Origin: an uncultured delta proteobacterium
GTDB lineage: Bacteria; Desulfobacterota; Binatia; UBA9968
Length of the DNA stretch: 64,000 nucleotides
NCBI GenBank assembly: GCA_963771465.1
Contig: CAVYTU010000013.1
Span: 1 to 64,000, forward strand
Direction: 5' to 3'
Every line of letters begins with the position of its first letter. Within the stretch, counting starts at the first letter, position 1. This document shows positions 29,769 through 38,825 of this stretch, in pieces. The position numbers and the translations under genes were made by a program. The notes under the pieces are model-generated. The model saw nothing but the letters and a program-made list of their open reading frames with translations. It did not search any database and had not been told where the DNA came from.

Positions 29769-31414
29769 GGTTTGCCTTCTTCCTTCAGCTTCAACGCGAT
29801 TTTTTCAGTCAAATCTTTTTTCGAGACCTTGCCGAAGGGCGATAACGGAAACTCTTCGACAATTTCCAATCGTTCCGGCAGTTTGTGCTTGGCGATCTCT
29901 TCATTTAGGAGGAACGCGACGATCTCGGATAGCGTGAGAGACGTTCCTGAACGCAGGATCACATAGGCGCACATGCGCTCGCCGAGCATCGGGTCGGGCA
30001 TGGGCACGCAGGCGACGTTTTGCACGGCGGGATGAGCGAGAATCAAATTCTCAATTTCTTCGGCGCTGATCTTTTCGCCGCCGCGGTTGATCAAATCTTT
30101 TTTCCGTCCTTCGACCATATAGTTTCCCGAAGGATGGCGCCGCATTAGATCACCGGAACGGTAGAATCCATCGGATGTGAATGCTCTGGCGTTGTACTCG
30201 GGCACGCCGAAGTAGCCGCGTAACGTGTACGGCCCGCGGGCGAGCAACTCGCCAACTTCTCCCGGCGCTACTTCATTGTCGTCGTCGTCGACCAGCCGCA
30301 CTTCGTCATCGGGGCTTACCGGCCGGCCGACGGTCTCCATTCTGACCTCTTCGGGATCGTCGGGCCGGATGAACATCAACATGCCTTCGGCCATGCCGAA
30401 GTTTTCCTGGACGAAGACGCTCGGAATTAATTCTTTGGTGCGCCGGCGCACTTCCGGCTGCAGCCGCTGGCCGCCGCTCTGAATGACTCGCAGCGACGAA
30501 AGATCATATTTCACAATCGATGGATCGTTGATCAAACGAATCAGCAGCGCCGGCACGACCGCCATATGGCTCACCTGGTGGCGCTCGATCAGAGCAAAGA
30601 TATCTTCGCTGTGGGTGGAGTTTCCGAGCACGACCTTGGCACCGTGCAAGAAGTATCCTTGCAGTCCCGGACAAGCGAGCGGCAGATTGTGCGCCAGCGG
30701 CAGCACGCTGAGCATGACTCTTTCGGGTCCGACACCGGTTACCGCAGCGGCCATTGTGGAGTTGTAAATATAGTCGTTATGCGAACGCGGAATCAGCTTG
30801 GGAATTCCCGTCGTGCCGCCGGAGAGCTGAAACGCCGCGGGTTCTTCAGCATCGATTTGGATTTTTCGCAGTTCATCTGGTGAGCGCGTGTTGGGCCGCT
30901 CAATCAGTTCGGCCAATGACAAATAGCCCTGTGGCGTGTCACCTAAAATGATTCCTAACCGCAAGGTTTCGCTGTGTGGGCGGATGCGCCGCACCAGATC
31001 GCGATAGTCGAAATCTTTGGTCGTGTCCGGTGTCGCACAGGCAACCGCTCCGGATAACTCGATGAACTGGCTGATCTCGCGGAAACGATGGGTCGGCAGC
31101 GCCATGATCGGGATCGCGCCGATTTTTTGCAGCGCGAAGTAGAGATAGACGAACTCAACGACGTTGGGCAGCTGCATGACGACGCGGTCGAGCGGCTTTA
31201 GCCCTTCATCGAGAAGATTGAGCGCCAAGCGGATCGCGCGTTGGTCGAGTTGCGAGTAACTGACGGATCGTTCGCGGTCGACAATCGCGACGCGATCGGC
31301 GTGGCGTGTGAATAATTCATCGAAAGTGTCGCGCAAGGAACGATCTTGCCAATAACCTTTGGCGCGATAGCGGGCGGCGAATTCGGCAGGGAAGCGGACG
31401 ACGCCTTCAAGCAT
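29765..31414 (-). CDS. Aryl-acid adenylating enzyme (DhbE/EntE family, salicylate-type)
   Basis: QLSGGTTGIPKLIPRSHNDY, HNLPLACPG, FGMAEG, GPYTLRGY, INRGGEKISAEEIENL, GKVSKK. Confidence 0.9.
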   Translation of the reverse strand: MLEGVVRFPAEFAARYRAKGYWQDRSLRDTFDELFTRHADRVAIVDRERSVSYSQLDQRAIRLALNLLDEGLKPLDRVVMQLPNVVEFVYLYFALQKIGAIPIMALPTHRFREISQFIELSGAVACATPDTTKDFDYRDLVRRIRPHSETLRLGIILGDTPQGYLSLAELIERPNTRSPDELRKIQIDAEEPAAFQLSGGTTGIPKLIPRSHNDYIYNSTMAAAVTGVGPERVMLSVLPLAHNLPLACPGLQGYFLHGAKVVLGNSTHSEDIFALIERHQVSHMAVVPALLIRLINDPSIVKYDLSSLRVIQSGGQRLQPEVRRRTKELIPSVFVQENFGMAEGMLMFIRPDDPEEVRMETVGRPVSPDDEVRLVDDDDNEVAPGEVGELLARGPYTLRGYFGVPEYNARAFTSDGFYRSGDLMRRHPSGNYMVEGRKKDLINRGGEKISAEEIENLILAHPAVQNVACVPMPDPMLGERMCAYVILRSGTSLTLSEIVAFLLNEEIAKHKLPERLEIVEEFPLSPFGKVSKKDLTEKIALKLKEEGKP

Positions 31415-31434
31415 CGGCCCCTCGCTCCGCTCCG

Positions 31435-31510
31435 AATCTCAAATTACAAATTTCAGATTCCAGATCCTGAGGTTGGATTCTTGATGTTTGCCATTTGAGA
31501 TTTGGAATTT
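31435..31510. repeat. 7-nt periodic inverted repeat element
   Basis: aatctca-aattaca-aatttca-gattcca facing tttgcca-tttgaga-tttggaa; the 14-mer aatttcagattcca recurs at 60890-60903. Confidence 0.7.
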
Positions 31511-31530
31511 GCCATGCCGCCGCGAGGCGG

Positions 31531-32292
31531 CTACGTCGTGCTCGCGAAGCCGCCGTCGACGATGATGATCTCGCCGGTGACGAAGCGGTTGTGCAAGATC
31601 AGGCTCAACATGCTATCGGCGACGTCGTCCTCGGTGCAGCAGCGCTGGAGCGGCGTGTATTTCGCCCGGCGTGTCATCAAGCCTTGGTAATTGTCGGCCA
31701 GTGTACGTTTCATCCACTCGCCTTCGATCCATCCGGGCGCGACGGCGTTGACGCGGATTTGCGGCCCCAGCGCGTTGGCCAGTGTTTTGGTTAAGTTCGC
31801 CACCGCCGCTTTGCTCGCTGCGTAGGGCAGCGGTTGGGCGCTCGGTCTCAGACCGGCGATGCTGCACGTGTTGACGATGCAGCCGTTGGGCGATTGTTTC
31901 AGCAGCGGCGTCGCCGCGCGGGTCACGAGAAATAGGCCGAGCACGTTGACGTTAAAAACTCGATTCCAGTCTTCGACTGTCATGGCGTCGAAATTTTTCG
32001 GCTCGACATCGACCGTCGTGCCGGCGTTGTTAATCAGCACGTCGAGGCGGCCAAACTCTTTTTCAGCCGCCGCCAGCATGGCGCGCACGGACGGATCGTC
32101 GCTAACATCACAGCGGTAAAGCAGCGTGCGCGCGCCGGCCGTTTCACAATGGCGCGCGGTGAGCTTGGCCGCGTCTTCGCTGCGGCTGTAATTGACGATA
32201 ACGTCGTAGCCATTTTTCGCCAGCGCAATGGCGGCGCTACGGCCAATGCCGGTGGCTGAGCCGGTTACCAGAGCGACGGGTTTTTCGTTCAT
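31531..32292 (-). CDS. Short-chain dehydrogenase/reductase
   Basis: TGSATGIG, NNAG, YAASK, VNAVAPG. Confidence 0.92.
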   Translation of the reverse strand: MNEKPVALVTGSATGIGRSAAIALAKNGYDVIVNYSRSEDAAKLTARHCETAGARTLLYRCDVSDDPSVRAMLAAAEKEFGRLDVLINNAGTTVDVEPKNFDAMTVEDWNRVFNVNVLGLFLVTRAATPLLKQSPNGCIVNTCSIAGLRPSAQPLPYAASKAAVANLTKTLANALGPQIRVNAVAPGWIEGEWMKRTLADNYQGLMTRRAKYTPLQRCCTEDDVADSMLSLILHNRFVTGEIIIVDGGFASTT

Positions 32293-32469
32293 GACGGCTC
32301 TGCTTGTAGCAGAAAAATCAAAGCAGCGTCAACGCGATGAAACCGTTGAACATTGACTCTACCCCAACTTTTGGAGTAACAAATCGATGGACGAACTTAT
32401 AAGCGAATCGTCTTTTTATACGCTCATGACGGGAGAACTTTAACTTAATATGTACAACGCTCGACTACA

Positions 32470-33479
32470 TTGTCTCAAGTGATCCTGTGCGCCGCGGTTA
32501 CCGCCATTACGATGGGGAGTTTTTTACGCCATCCGTTTCGGCTCAGGATCTCGTCGTCAAAGCTCAAGAGGAGAAAAAGCTGGTTCTCTACCACAGCACC
32601 GGCATCGAGGACACCCAGCAGATAATCGAACTATTTCGCAAGCGATATCCTTTCTTGCTGGTCGAGAATCATCGATTGTCGAGCCAGAAATTGTTTCAAA
32701 GAATTGTCAGCGAAGTGCGCGCCGGGCGTAATCTGGCCGATGCCTATATAATCAGCGGCGCAGAGACCTGGCTGCTGAAGGACATGGGATTTTTGGCGCC
32801 CTATCTCTCACCCGAGCGATCACGAATCCGGCCGTCGCTGATAGATCGGCAGGGCTATTGGACCGGCATACTTTGGAATCTCGGCGTCCTGGGCTATAAC
32901 ACGCGGATGGTCGCACCGGACAGGCTTCCAAAGCGATGGGAAGACTTATTGCAGCCTCATTGGAAGGGACTTATCGGTTTGGAAGCGGAGGACGTGACCT
33001 GGTACATCTTCATGTTGAAGCTAATGGGGAATCAGAAGGGCAAGGCATTTATGGCGCAACTGGCGCGCCAGCAGCCCCAGGTGCGGAGTGGTTACAACCT
33101 GGTTGCCGCGCTCATGGTTGCCGGCGAATTCGCGCTGGTGCCGACCGCCCGAGTGCACCGGGTTGAACAGGCAAAATTAGACGGCGCGCCGGTGGATTGG
33201 TTGGCGATCGAACCACTGACGCCCGAACCCCCGGTTTCTGTCAGCTTACCGAAGAACGCAGCGCGCCCCAACGCGGGAAAATTGTTTATTGATTTTGTTC
33301 TCTCGCGGCCGGCTCAAGAACTGCTCTACCGGCTCAAAAGAATCCCCAGTCGAAGCGATGCGCCCCAACCGATTCCTCGATTGGCGCAAGTCAAGCTTAT
33401 CGACGCTGAGTTCGAAAAAGAAATCGGCAACTTTGGCCGCTACACCAAAGAGTATCGCGAGATCTTTGGCGTGCCGTAA
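32470..33479 (+). CDS. Extracellular solute-binding protein (Fe3+/thiamine/polyamine-type), probable frameshift in the T-run at 32520-32525
   Basis: YNTRMV...PKRWEDLL.P.WKG, RPNAGKLFIDFVLS. A signal-peptide-like stretch (SQVILCAAVTAITMGSF) lies in the adjacent frame and joins TPSVSAQ if one T is added; start uncertain. Confidence 0.75.
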
Positions 33480-33504
33480 AGGCGTCTCATTCGATCGTGA
33501 CAGG

Positions 33505-34686
33505 TTAACTCCTTCGATCTGCTGCGGTCAGGATTTGGCCGCCTGCGCGTTCCGCATCGACGCGCGCCATGAATTTCGGCGACAGCTCGCGCAAGCGTTC
33601 ATCGGTCATGCGCCCGCTCCGGGTCATATAATCGTAAGCTAGTTCCCAGGGCTTTAATTTCATCTTTTCGGCTAAGCGCTCATACCAGTACGAACTCGCG
33701 TTGGCGGCGGCGGCGATCTTTTCGACGATGGGCCGGCGCGCGCGCTCGAAGACAGCTAGCGCGTGGGGCACGTTGGTGCCCGCTTCGGCGAATGCGCGAT
33801 CCAGAGCGATGGCGTCTTCGAAGGCGAGGCGGGTGCCCGAGCCGATGGAAAAATGCACAGTGCGCTGGGCATCGCCCAACAGCACCGAATTGTCGACGGA
33901 CCATCGGTTGGTAACGAGCAGCGGAAACTGGCGCCAGATAGACTTATTGGATACCAGCGGATGGCCGTTTAAGTCCGGCGCAAAGACCTGCTCGCAGTAG
34001 CCGCGGCTCGCGTCCTCTGACATTCGATCCAAGCCGGCGCGGCGCCAGGTCGCTTCATCGCATTCGACGACAAAAGTGCTCATCGTGCGACTGTGGCGGT
34101 AATGGTGCGCGACGAAGTGGCCGTCGCGGTTGGCGCGGAAAGTCAGGCTCAGGCAATCGAATGGCTCCGCCGTGCCGTACCACGCGAAGTGGTTGGTAAG
34201 CCATTCGGTCTTCAGCTGGTATTTTGCTTCCAATGCGCGGCGCACGAACGAGTTGGCGCCGTCGGCCCCGACAAGCAAGTCGCAGTCTTTTACTCGGTCG
34301 AGGGAATCGACCGCGTGACCGTACTCAATGCTCACGTCAGCGGCGCGGCACAGCTCGTCGAGGAATTGGTTAAGTTCCAGCCGGCCGATGGCCGAAAAGC
34401 CGTTGCCGTCGATTTCGACCCGCTCATCCTGGTGGACGATGCGCTGCATCGGCCAGGATTCTAGCTGCGGCATTAAGAGCAGGTGAAAATCGGCTACGTC
34501 GCGTTCGAGAAACGCCAGCGCATTCAAAGAAAACACGACGCCGAAGCCAAAAGTCGCATGGGGCGGATTTTGTTCAAAGACGGTGACCGTCCAAGCCGGG
34601 AAGCGCCGTTTGATCAAAAGAGCGAAGAGTAGACCGGCCGGGCCGGCGCCGATGATGTTAATTTGCACGGAACCTTGTGCTCCCAT
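33505..34686 (-). CDS. FAD-dependent monooxygenase (salicylyl-CoA 5-hydroxylase / anthraniloyl-CoA monooxygenase N-domain-like)
   Basis: IIGAGPAGL, ATFGFGVVFS, GADGANS, STFVVECD, LLGDA..TVHFSIGSGTRLAFEDA. Confidence 0.85.
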   Translation of the reverse strand: MGAQGSVQINIIGAGPAGLLFALLIKRRFPAWTVTVFEQNPPHATFGFGVVFSLNALAFLERDVADFHLLLMPQLESWPMQRIVHQDERVEIDGNGFSAIGRLELNQFLDELCRAADVSIEYGHAVDSLDRVKDCDLLVGADGANSFVRRALEAKYQLKTEWLTNHFAWYGTAEPFDCLSLTFRANRDGHFVAHHYRHSRTMSTFVVECDEATWRRAGLDRMSEDASRGYCEQVFAPDLNGHPLVSNKSIWRQFPLLVTNRWSVDNSVLLGDAQRTVHFSIGSGTRLAFEDAIALDRAFAEAGTNVPHALAVFERARRPIVEKIAAAANASSYWYERLAEKMKLKPWELAYDYMTRSGRMTDERLRELSPKFMARVDAERAGGQILTAADRRS

Positions 34687-34740
34687 TCTGTGAACTCAGC
34701 GTCTCTGCGGTGAATCCTTTTTGCGTTCTTTGCGGCTGAT
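34686..34740. repeat. 9-nt periodic repeat (CGCAGAG/CGCAAAG units on the minus strand)
   Basis: Minus strand reads ccgcaaagaa-cgcaaaaag...caccgcagaga-cgctgagtt-cacaga; a similar run lies at about 14445-14475. Confidence 0.55.
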
Positions 34741-34753
34741 TCTCCGAGCGACG

Positions 34754-35671
34754 CTAGGCGAAGCGCGGGAATAGCTGTAGCGCATTGTGCTCTTCGACGG
34801 CGACTCGCGCCGCGGCGTCGAAACCGTCGTAGTGTTGCCAATGATCCACTTCCTGCTGCAAGCGTGCGCCGTAGACGAACGGCAAGTCGGAGCCCCACAG
34901 GATATGGGCTGGATCGGCGAACTCTTGCAGCGAGCGGAGCGCGAATGCCGACGTGGTGCTGGCGGTTTCATAGTAGAGCGCGCGCAGTGTTGGAATCACG
35001 TCGGCGACATTTTTAGCGCCGCGATGGCCTTCCATCATGGCGATCCGTTGGGCGAGAAATGGCACGGTGCCGCCGCCGTGGGCGACGATGAAGCGGATAT
35101 CGGGGCAGCGCTTGAGTGTGCCGGTATAAATGAGATTGACGATGGCGCGGGTGGTGTCGAAGACATATTCGACCGCGAACGGCGGCGCGCGCAAGCCCGT
35201 GTGCTCGGGCGCTTCGCAGTGGGTCGGATGGATGAACGCGACGGCTTTGCGCCGGTTAAGCTCGTCGAAGACCGGATCGAACGCCGGATCGCCCAAGTAG
35301 CAATCGTTCACGCTGGAAAAAAGTCCGACGCCGTCGAGACGCAAAACATCCAACGCATAGGATACTTCTTCGAGCGCGCCGTCAACGTCTGGCAGCGGCA
35401 GCAGCGCGAACGAGCCGAGGCGTGAAGGGTGATCGTGCGACCGGCGCGCTTGGAACTCGTTACAGTCCCGCGCCACCGCGCGCAGACGGTTGATGTTTTT
35501 TAACACCACTCGCGGCGTGAGCGATGTGATGGCCGCGCGAATGCCCCAACTATCCATCGATCCCAGTTGCGCCTCGGCATCGGGAATTGTAACCGGCAGA
35601 GAGTCGTCGGCGTACTGCGGCGGCACGACGTGGTGATGCACATCGATGCGCCGGTTATTATTTTCAGTCAT
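34754..35671 (-). CDS. Amidohydrolase-2 family protein (aromatic acid decarboxylase-like)
   Basis: IDVHHH, FALLPLPDVD, FIHP, FDTTRA, AHGGGTVPFL, WGSDLPF. Confidence 0.87.
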   Translation of the reverse strand: MTENNNRRIDVHHHVVPPQYADDSLPVTIPDAEAQLGSMDSWGIRAAITSLTPRVVLKNINRLRAVARDCNEFQARRSHDHPSRLGSFALLPLPDVDGALEEVSYALDVLRLDGVGLFSSVNDCYLGDPAFDPVFDELNRRKAVAFIHPTHCEAPEHTGLRAPPFAVEYVFDTTRAIVNLIYTGTLKRCPDIRFIVAHGGGTVPFLAQRIAMMEGHRGAKNVADVIPTLRALYYETASTTSAFALRSLQEFADPAHILWGSDLPFVYGARLQQEVDHWQHYDGFDAAARVAVEEHNALQLFPRFA

Positions 35672-35937
35672 TATGCTGGCTCATATTTTTATCTCCGACC
35701 GATAGCTGGTTTATGATTTACTACGACCGTCGCCGCCAAACCTATTTGATCGCCAACGACTCTGTCAATCTAACCTGGCCGCGAAGCGGTAAAATTGCCG
35801 CGGAACGTGCCGTACGGTACTTATGGACATTCTTCGCCGCTTGGAGTATTCGAGCCGAGTCGGCATGAAGCAGCAATGTGGTAGTTGGCGCAGGTTTCAA
35901 TCCGCAATTCCTAAGAATTAGTTATGGAGGGCGAGGC

Positions 35938-36945
35938 ATGACTACTTTCTCTACGGTTGTCGTCTCAGTCGGAATTCTTCTCGCCGCCTGGGTTGGTTCA
36001 GTGAAACCAGCCGCCGCACAGTCATCGAGCCTCACGGCGTTTTACACCGCGCCGGTGGTTTCCATGGCGCCCATGTGGATCGCCAAAGAAGCCGGATTTT
36101 TCAAGAAGCATGGTTTGGATGTAAAGCTGGTTTTCATCGCTTCCGGTCCGATGGGAACCACTTCGATACTTTCTGGCGACGTCGATGTTGGCATCATCGG
36201 CGGCTTTGCGCCGATACGGGCGATCGCCGGTGGGGCAAAAAATCTAGTCATGATCGGCCAAAGCAAAAACCGCATGACCGGCGCGATCGTCGGCAAAAAA
36301 GAAATCGCTAGCGTGCAAGACCTCAGGGGCAAGCGGCTTGGTATCGATCGGGTCGGTTCGAATCCGGACATGTTCACGCAAGCCGCGCTGGCGCGCTTCC
36401 AGATGGATCCGCTCAAAGACCTGCAATACATTCAACTCGGCAGTATCGGTCAGGGAATCCCGGCGCTCAAGGCGGGAACGATTGACGCCGTCAGCACGAG
36501 CACGCCGCACGATCTGTTTGCTCAGCGGTTGGGCTTCAAGGTGATTTTGGATATCACAGCCATGAAGATTCCCTTGGCATCCACTGTCCTCGCCTCCGCT
36601 CGCAATACGGTAGATCGCAAACAGCCGGAACTGACGAGGTTCATGCGTGCTTACGCTGAAGCCGTGCACTATTTTCTGACGAACCGAGAAGGAACGAGTC
36701 AGATCATCACTAAGTATACTAAGGTCGAAGACCGAGACGTGGTCGCCCATTCCATCGAGTCCGAGACGATGGCTGTGGAAAGAACTCTGCAAATCGATCC
36801 CAAAGGCATCGAGCTGATCCTCGCGCTCATGAGTAAGTCGATGCCGCAGGCTTCCACGGTGAAAACCGAGGAGTTCTACGACTCGCGTTTCACCAATGAA
36901 CTGAGAGACAGCGGATTTCTCAAACGGTTATGGGCAGAGAAATGA
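35938..36945 (+). CDS. ABC-type substrate-binding protein, NMT1/THI5/SsuA-like
   Basis: Signal peptide, AKEAGFFKKHGLDV, DLRGKRLG. Confidence 0.87.
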   Translation: MTTFSTVVVSVGILLAAWVGSVKPAAAQSSSLTAFYTAPVVSMAPMWIAKEAGFFKKHGLDVKLVFIASGPMGTTSILSGDVDVGIIGGFAPIRAIAGGAKNLVMIGQSKNRMTGAIVGKKEIASVQDLRGKRLGIDRVGSNPDMFTQAALARFQMDPLKDLQYIQLGSIGQGIPALKAGTIDAVSTSTPHDLFAQRLGFKVILDITAMKIPLASTVLASARNTVDRKQPELTRFMRAYAEAVHYFLTNREGTSQIITKYTKVEDRDVVAHSIESETMAVERTLQIDPKGIELILALMSKSMPQASTVKTEEFYDSRFTNELRDSGFLKRLWAEK

Positions 36946-37025
36946 GGAGGATTGCCCGATAGGATTTGAACGGCTAGAACATTTTGAACGATTGGAACTC
37001 TCAATTCGAAGAGAAGGAGACCGAC

Positions 37026-37139
37026 ATGATCGAGACTGAAGGGCTGACAGGTGCGGAAACTTTGCTGCGCGTATTATCACACATGGGTGTCGATCGAATT
37101 TTTTCTTCGCCCGGCTCGGAACGGTCGCTCGAATTTTAG
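37026..37139 (+). pseudogene. N-terminal remnant of a ThDP-binding enzyme (acetolactate synthase-like)
   Basis: AAGGAG RBS then MIETEGLTGAETLLRVLSHMGVDRIFSSPGSERSLEF-stop, matching the TGA..L...L...GV..IF..PG start of ThDP Pyr domains. Confidence 0.6.
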
Positions 37140-37153
37140 GAGGAGAGATTTCT

Positions 37154-37582
37154 ATGGCAGACGCGCATATTCTGAGAATCGATTCGTTGCCGGTAGTCGA
37201 CCGCGGCAACGGCATCCAGACAATACCTTTGGTCACGAAAGCGCTCGGCTCGAACCATATCACGACGGGGATCACTCGATTTCCGGTGGGCGCCGAGGTT
37301 CCCATGCATTCTCATAACTGCGATGAGCAGGTGACGATCCTCGAAGGAGAGGCCGACGTGGACATCGATGGACAGCGCCATCGGCGGCTGCATGCGTTCG
37401 ACACGACACTAGTTCCGGCCAATCAGCCGCACCGTTTTGTGAATGTCGGCACGACGCCGCTGGCGATCCTATGGATCTATACTTCCACCGAGGTGACCCG
37501 CACGTTTGCCGAAACCGGCGAAACGGTCGCGCATCTTTCCGAGTATGATCAAGTGAGTCCGCTGCTTAGGAAGGGTCAGTAA
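37154..37582 (+). CDS. Cupin domain protein
   Basis: PMHSHNCDEQVTILEG and VPANQPHRFVNVG. Confidence 0.88.
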   Translation: MADAHILRIDSLPVVDRGNGIQTIPLVTKALGSNHITTGITRFPVGAEVPMHSHNCDEQVTILEGEADVDIDGQRHRRLHAFDTTLVPANQPHRFVNVGTTPLAILWIYTSTEVTRTFAETGETVAHLSEYDQVSPLLRKGQ

Positions 37583-37630
37583 ACTCCGTAAAGTAAACTA
37601 TCAATCGCTCGACACATGCGAGATGTGCGG

Positions 37631-37951
37631 TTAGCCCGGCGTGGCAAGTTTGAGACCGATGATGCCGGCTACGATCAACATGACACTGATCAGCCGAGCA
37701 GGATTTGCCTGTTCACCGAAGAGAACAATGCCGAGTATCACCGTGCCAACGGCGCCGACGCCGACCCAAACAGCGTAGGCGGTTCCCACTGGTAGCGATT
37801 TCATGGCGACGCCGAGTAGCCACAAGCTGACGGCCATGGCAGCGACGGTGCCGAGAGTGGGCCACAAGCGGCTAAATCCTTCCGTGTACTTGAGCCCGAT
37901 TGCCCAGCCGACCTCGCACAAACCTGCGATGAAAAGAGTGACCCAAGCCAT
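37631..37951 (-). CDS. sugE: SMR family exporter Gdx/SugE (guanidinium/quaternary ammonium)
   Basis: [29 protein letters not shown]...[14 protein letters not shown]...GIIGLKL. Confidence 0.93.
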   Translation of the reverse strand: MAWVTLFIAGLCEVGWAIGLKYTEGFSRLWPTLGTVAAMAVSLWLLGVAMKSLPVGTAYAVWVGVGAVGTVILGIVLFGEQANPARLISVMLIVAGIIGLKLATPG

Positions 37952-38091
37952 GTGTGTTCCTTTCTTCGGCTGTGGAAATTACTTCGACGTTAATCCGAAG
38001 TCATCTCGGCGGCGGGACGATACGGGGAAGGGAGAGGTCTTCGGAAGACGAAGAATCGTAGCGCGCAATCTTGCGGTTTGGACCATAGGTT

Positions 38092-38682
38092 TTACACCAT
38101 TGTGATGAATCCCGGCTGCGCCGTCACCCGTTGAATCCACGCGCGGATCTTTGGAAAATCGCCGAGCGGGAATCCGCCTTCGTCGGCGACATGCGTGTAG
38201 GCGAAAAGAGCGATGTCGGCGATGGAATATTCGCCGATGAAAAAATCGTACTTTGCCAGATGGTCTTCCATTATCTTGAGCGCGGCCCAGCCGCCGTCGC
38301 GCTTCGATGCGAGCAACGCGGCGCGCTCGGGCGAGTTCGGCTTATGTTGGAGCCAGAAGCGCGAGGTGGCGATGAACGGTTCGTGGCTGTACTGTTCAAA
38401 GCAGAGCCATTGCAACACGAGCGCGAATTGTTTTCGATCGTCGGGAAGAAATTTCGTACCGCGAGCGAGGTAGGCGAGGATGGCATTGGATTCGGCGAGC
38501 ACAAAGCCGTTGTCATCGAGCACCGGCGTGCGGCCGTTGGGATTGATCTTGAGAAACTCTGCCGTGCGGCTTGCGCCGTTCAAAATATCGACTTCGACGA
38601 TCTTGCAGGGAATGCCGAGATGACTCAGCAGAAGTCGAACTTTGTAGGAGTTGCCCGAGTAAGCGACGTTGTACAGCTTCAT
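38092..38682 (-). CDS. Glutathione S-transferase family protein
   Basis: SGNSYKVRL, INPNGRTPVL, LAESNAIL, FEQYSHEP, SIADIAL. Confidence 0.9.
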   Translation of the reverse strand: MKLYNVAYSGNSYKVRLLLSHLGIPCKIVEVDILNGASRTAEFLKINPNGRTPVLDDNGFVLAESNAILAYLARGTKFLPDDRKQFALVLQWLCFEQYSHEPFIATSRFWLQHKPNSPERAALLASKRDGGWAALKIMEDHLAKYDFFIGEYSIADIALFAYTHVADEGGFPLGDFPKIRAWIQRVTAQPGFITMV

Positions 38683-38688
38683 AGAAAA

Positions 38689-38825
38689 CAGCCGTTCAAA
38701 ACGTTCAATGAGTTCAAGCCGTTCAATCCCCTACCTCTTTCCTCCCCCGCGACGCGTGGGAGGATGAAGGAGGGGGGCTGGACCAGAGCGCAGCGGTTGA
38801 GCGGCTTGAACGTTTTGAACGGCTG
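38689..38825. mobile_element. MITE-like composite element with perfect 20-bp terminal inverted repeats
   Basis: cagccgttcaaaacgttcaa (38689-38708) and ttgaacgttttgaacggctg (38806-38825) enclose a CCCC..CCTCCC/GGGAGG..GGGG hairpin; 18 nt of the arm recur at 41572-41589. Mobility is inferred only. Confidence 0.6.

Noticed and set aside
29765-31414. Catechol siderophore (entE/dhbE) cluster
   Set aside because: No isochorismate synthase, carrier protein or TonB receptor nearby; the neighbours are catabolic.
37952-38091. Guanidine riboswitch expected upstream of sugE/gdx
   Set aside because: On the coding (minus) strand I see two small hairpins but no paired ACGR-loop hairpins or other guanidine class consensus. 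An Infernal search would be decisive.
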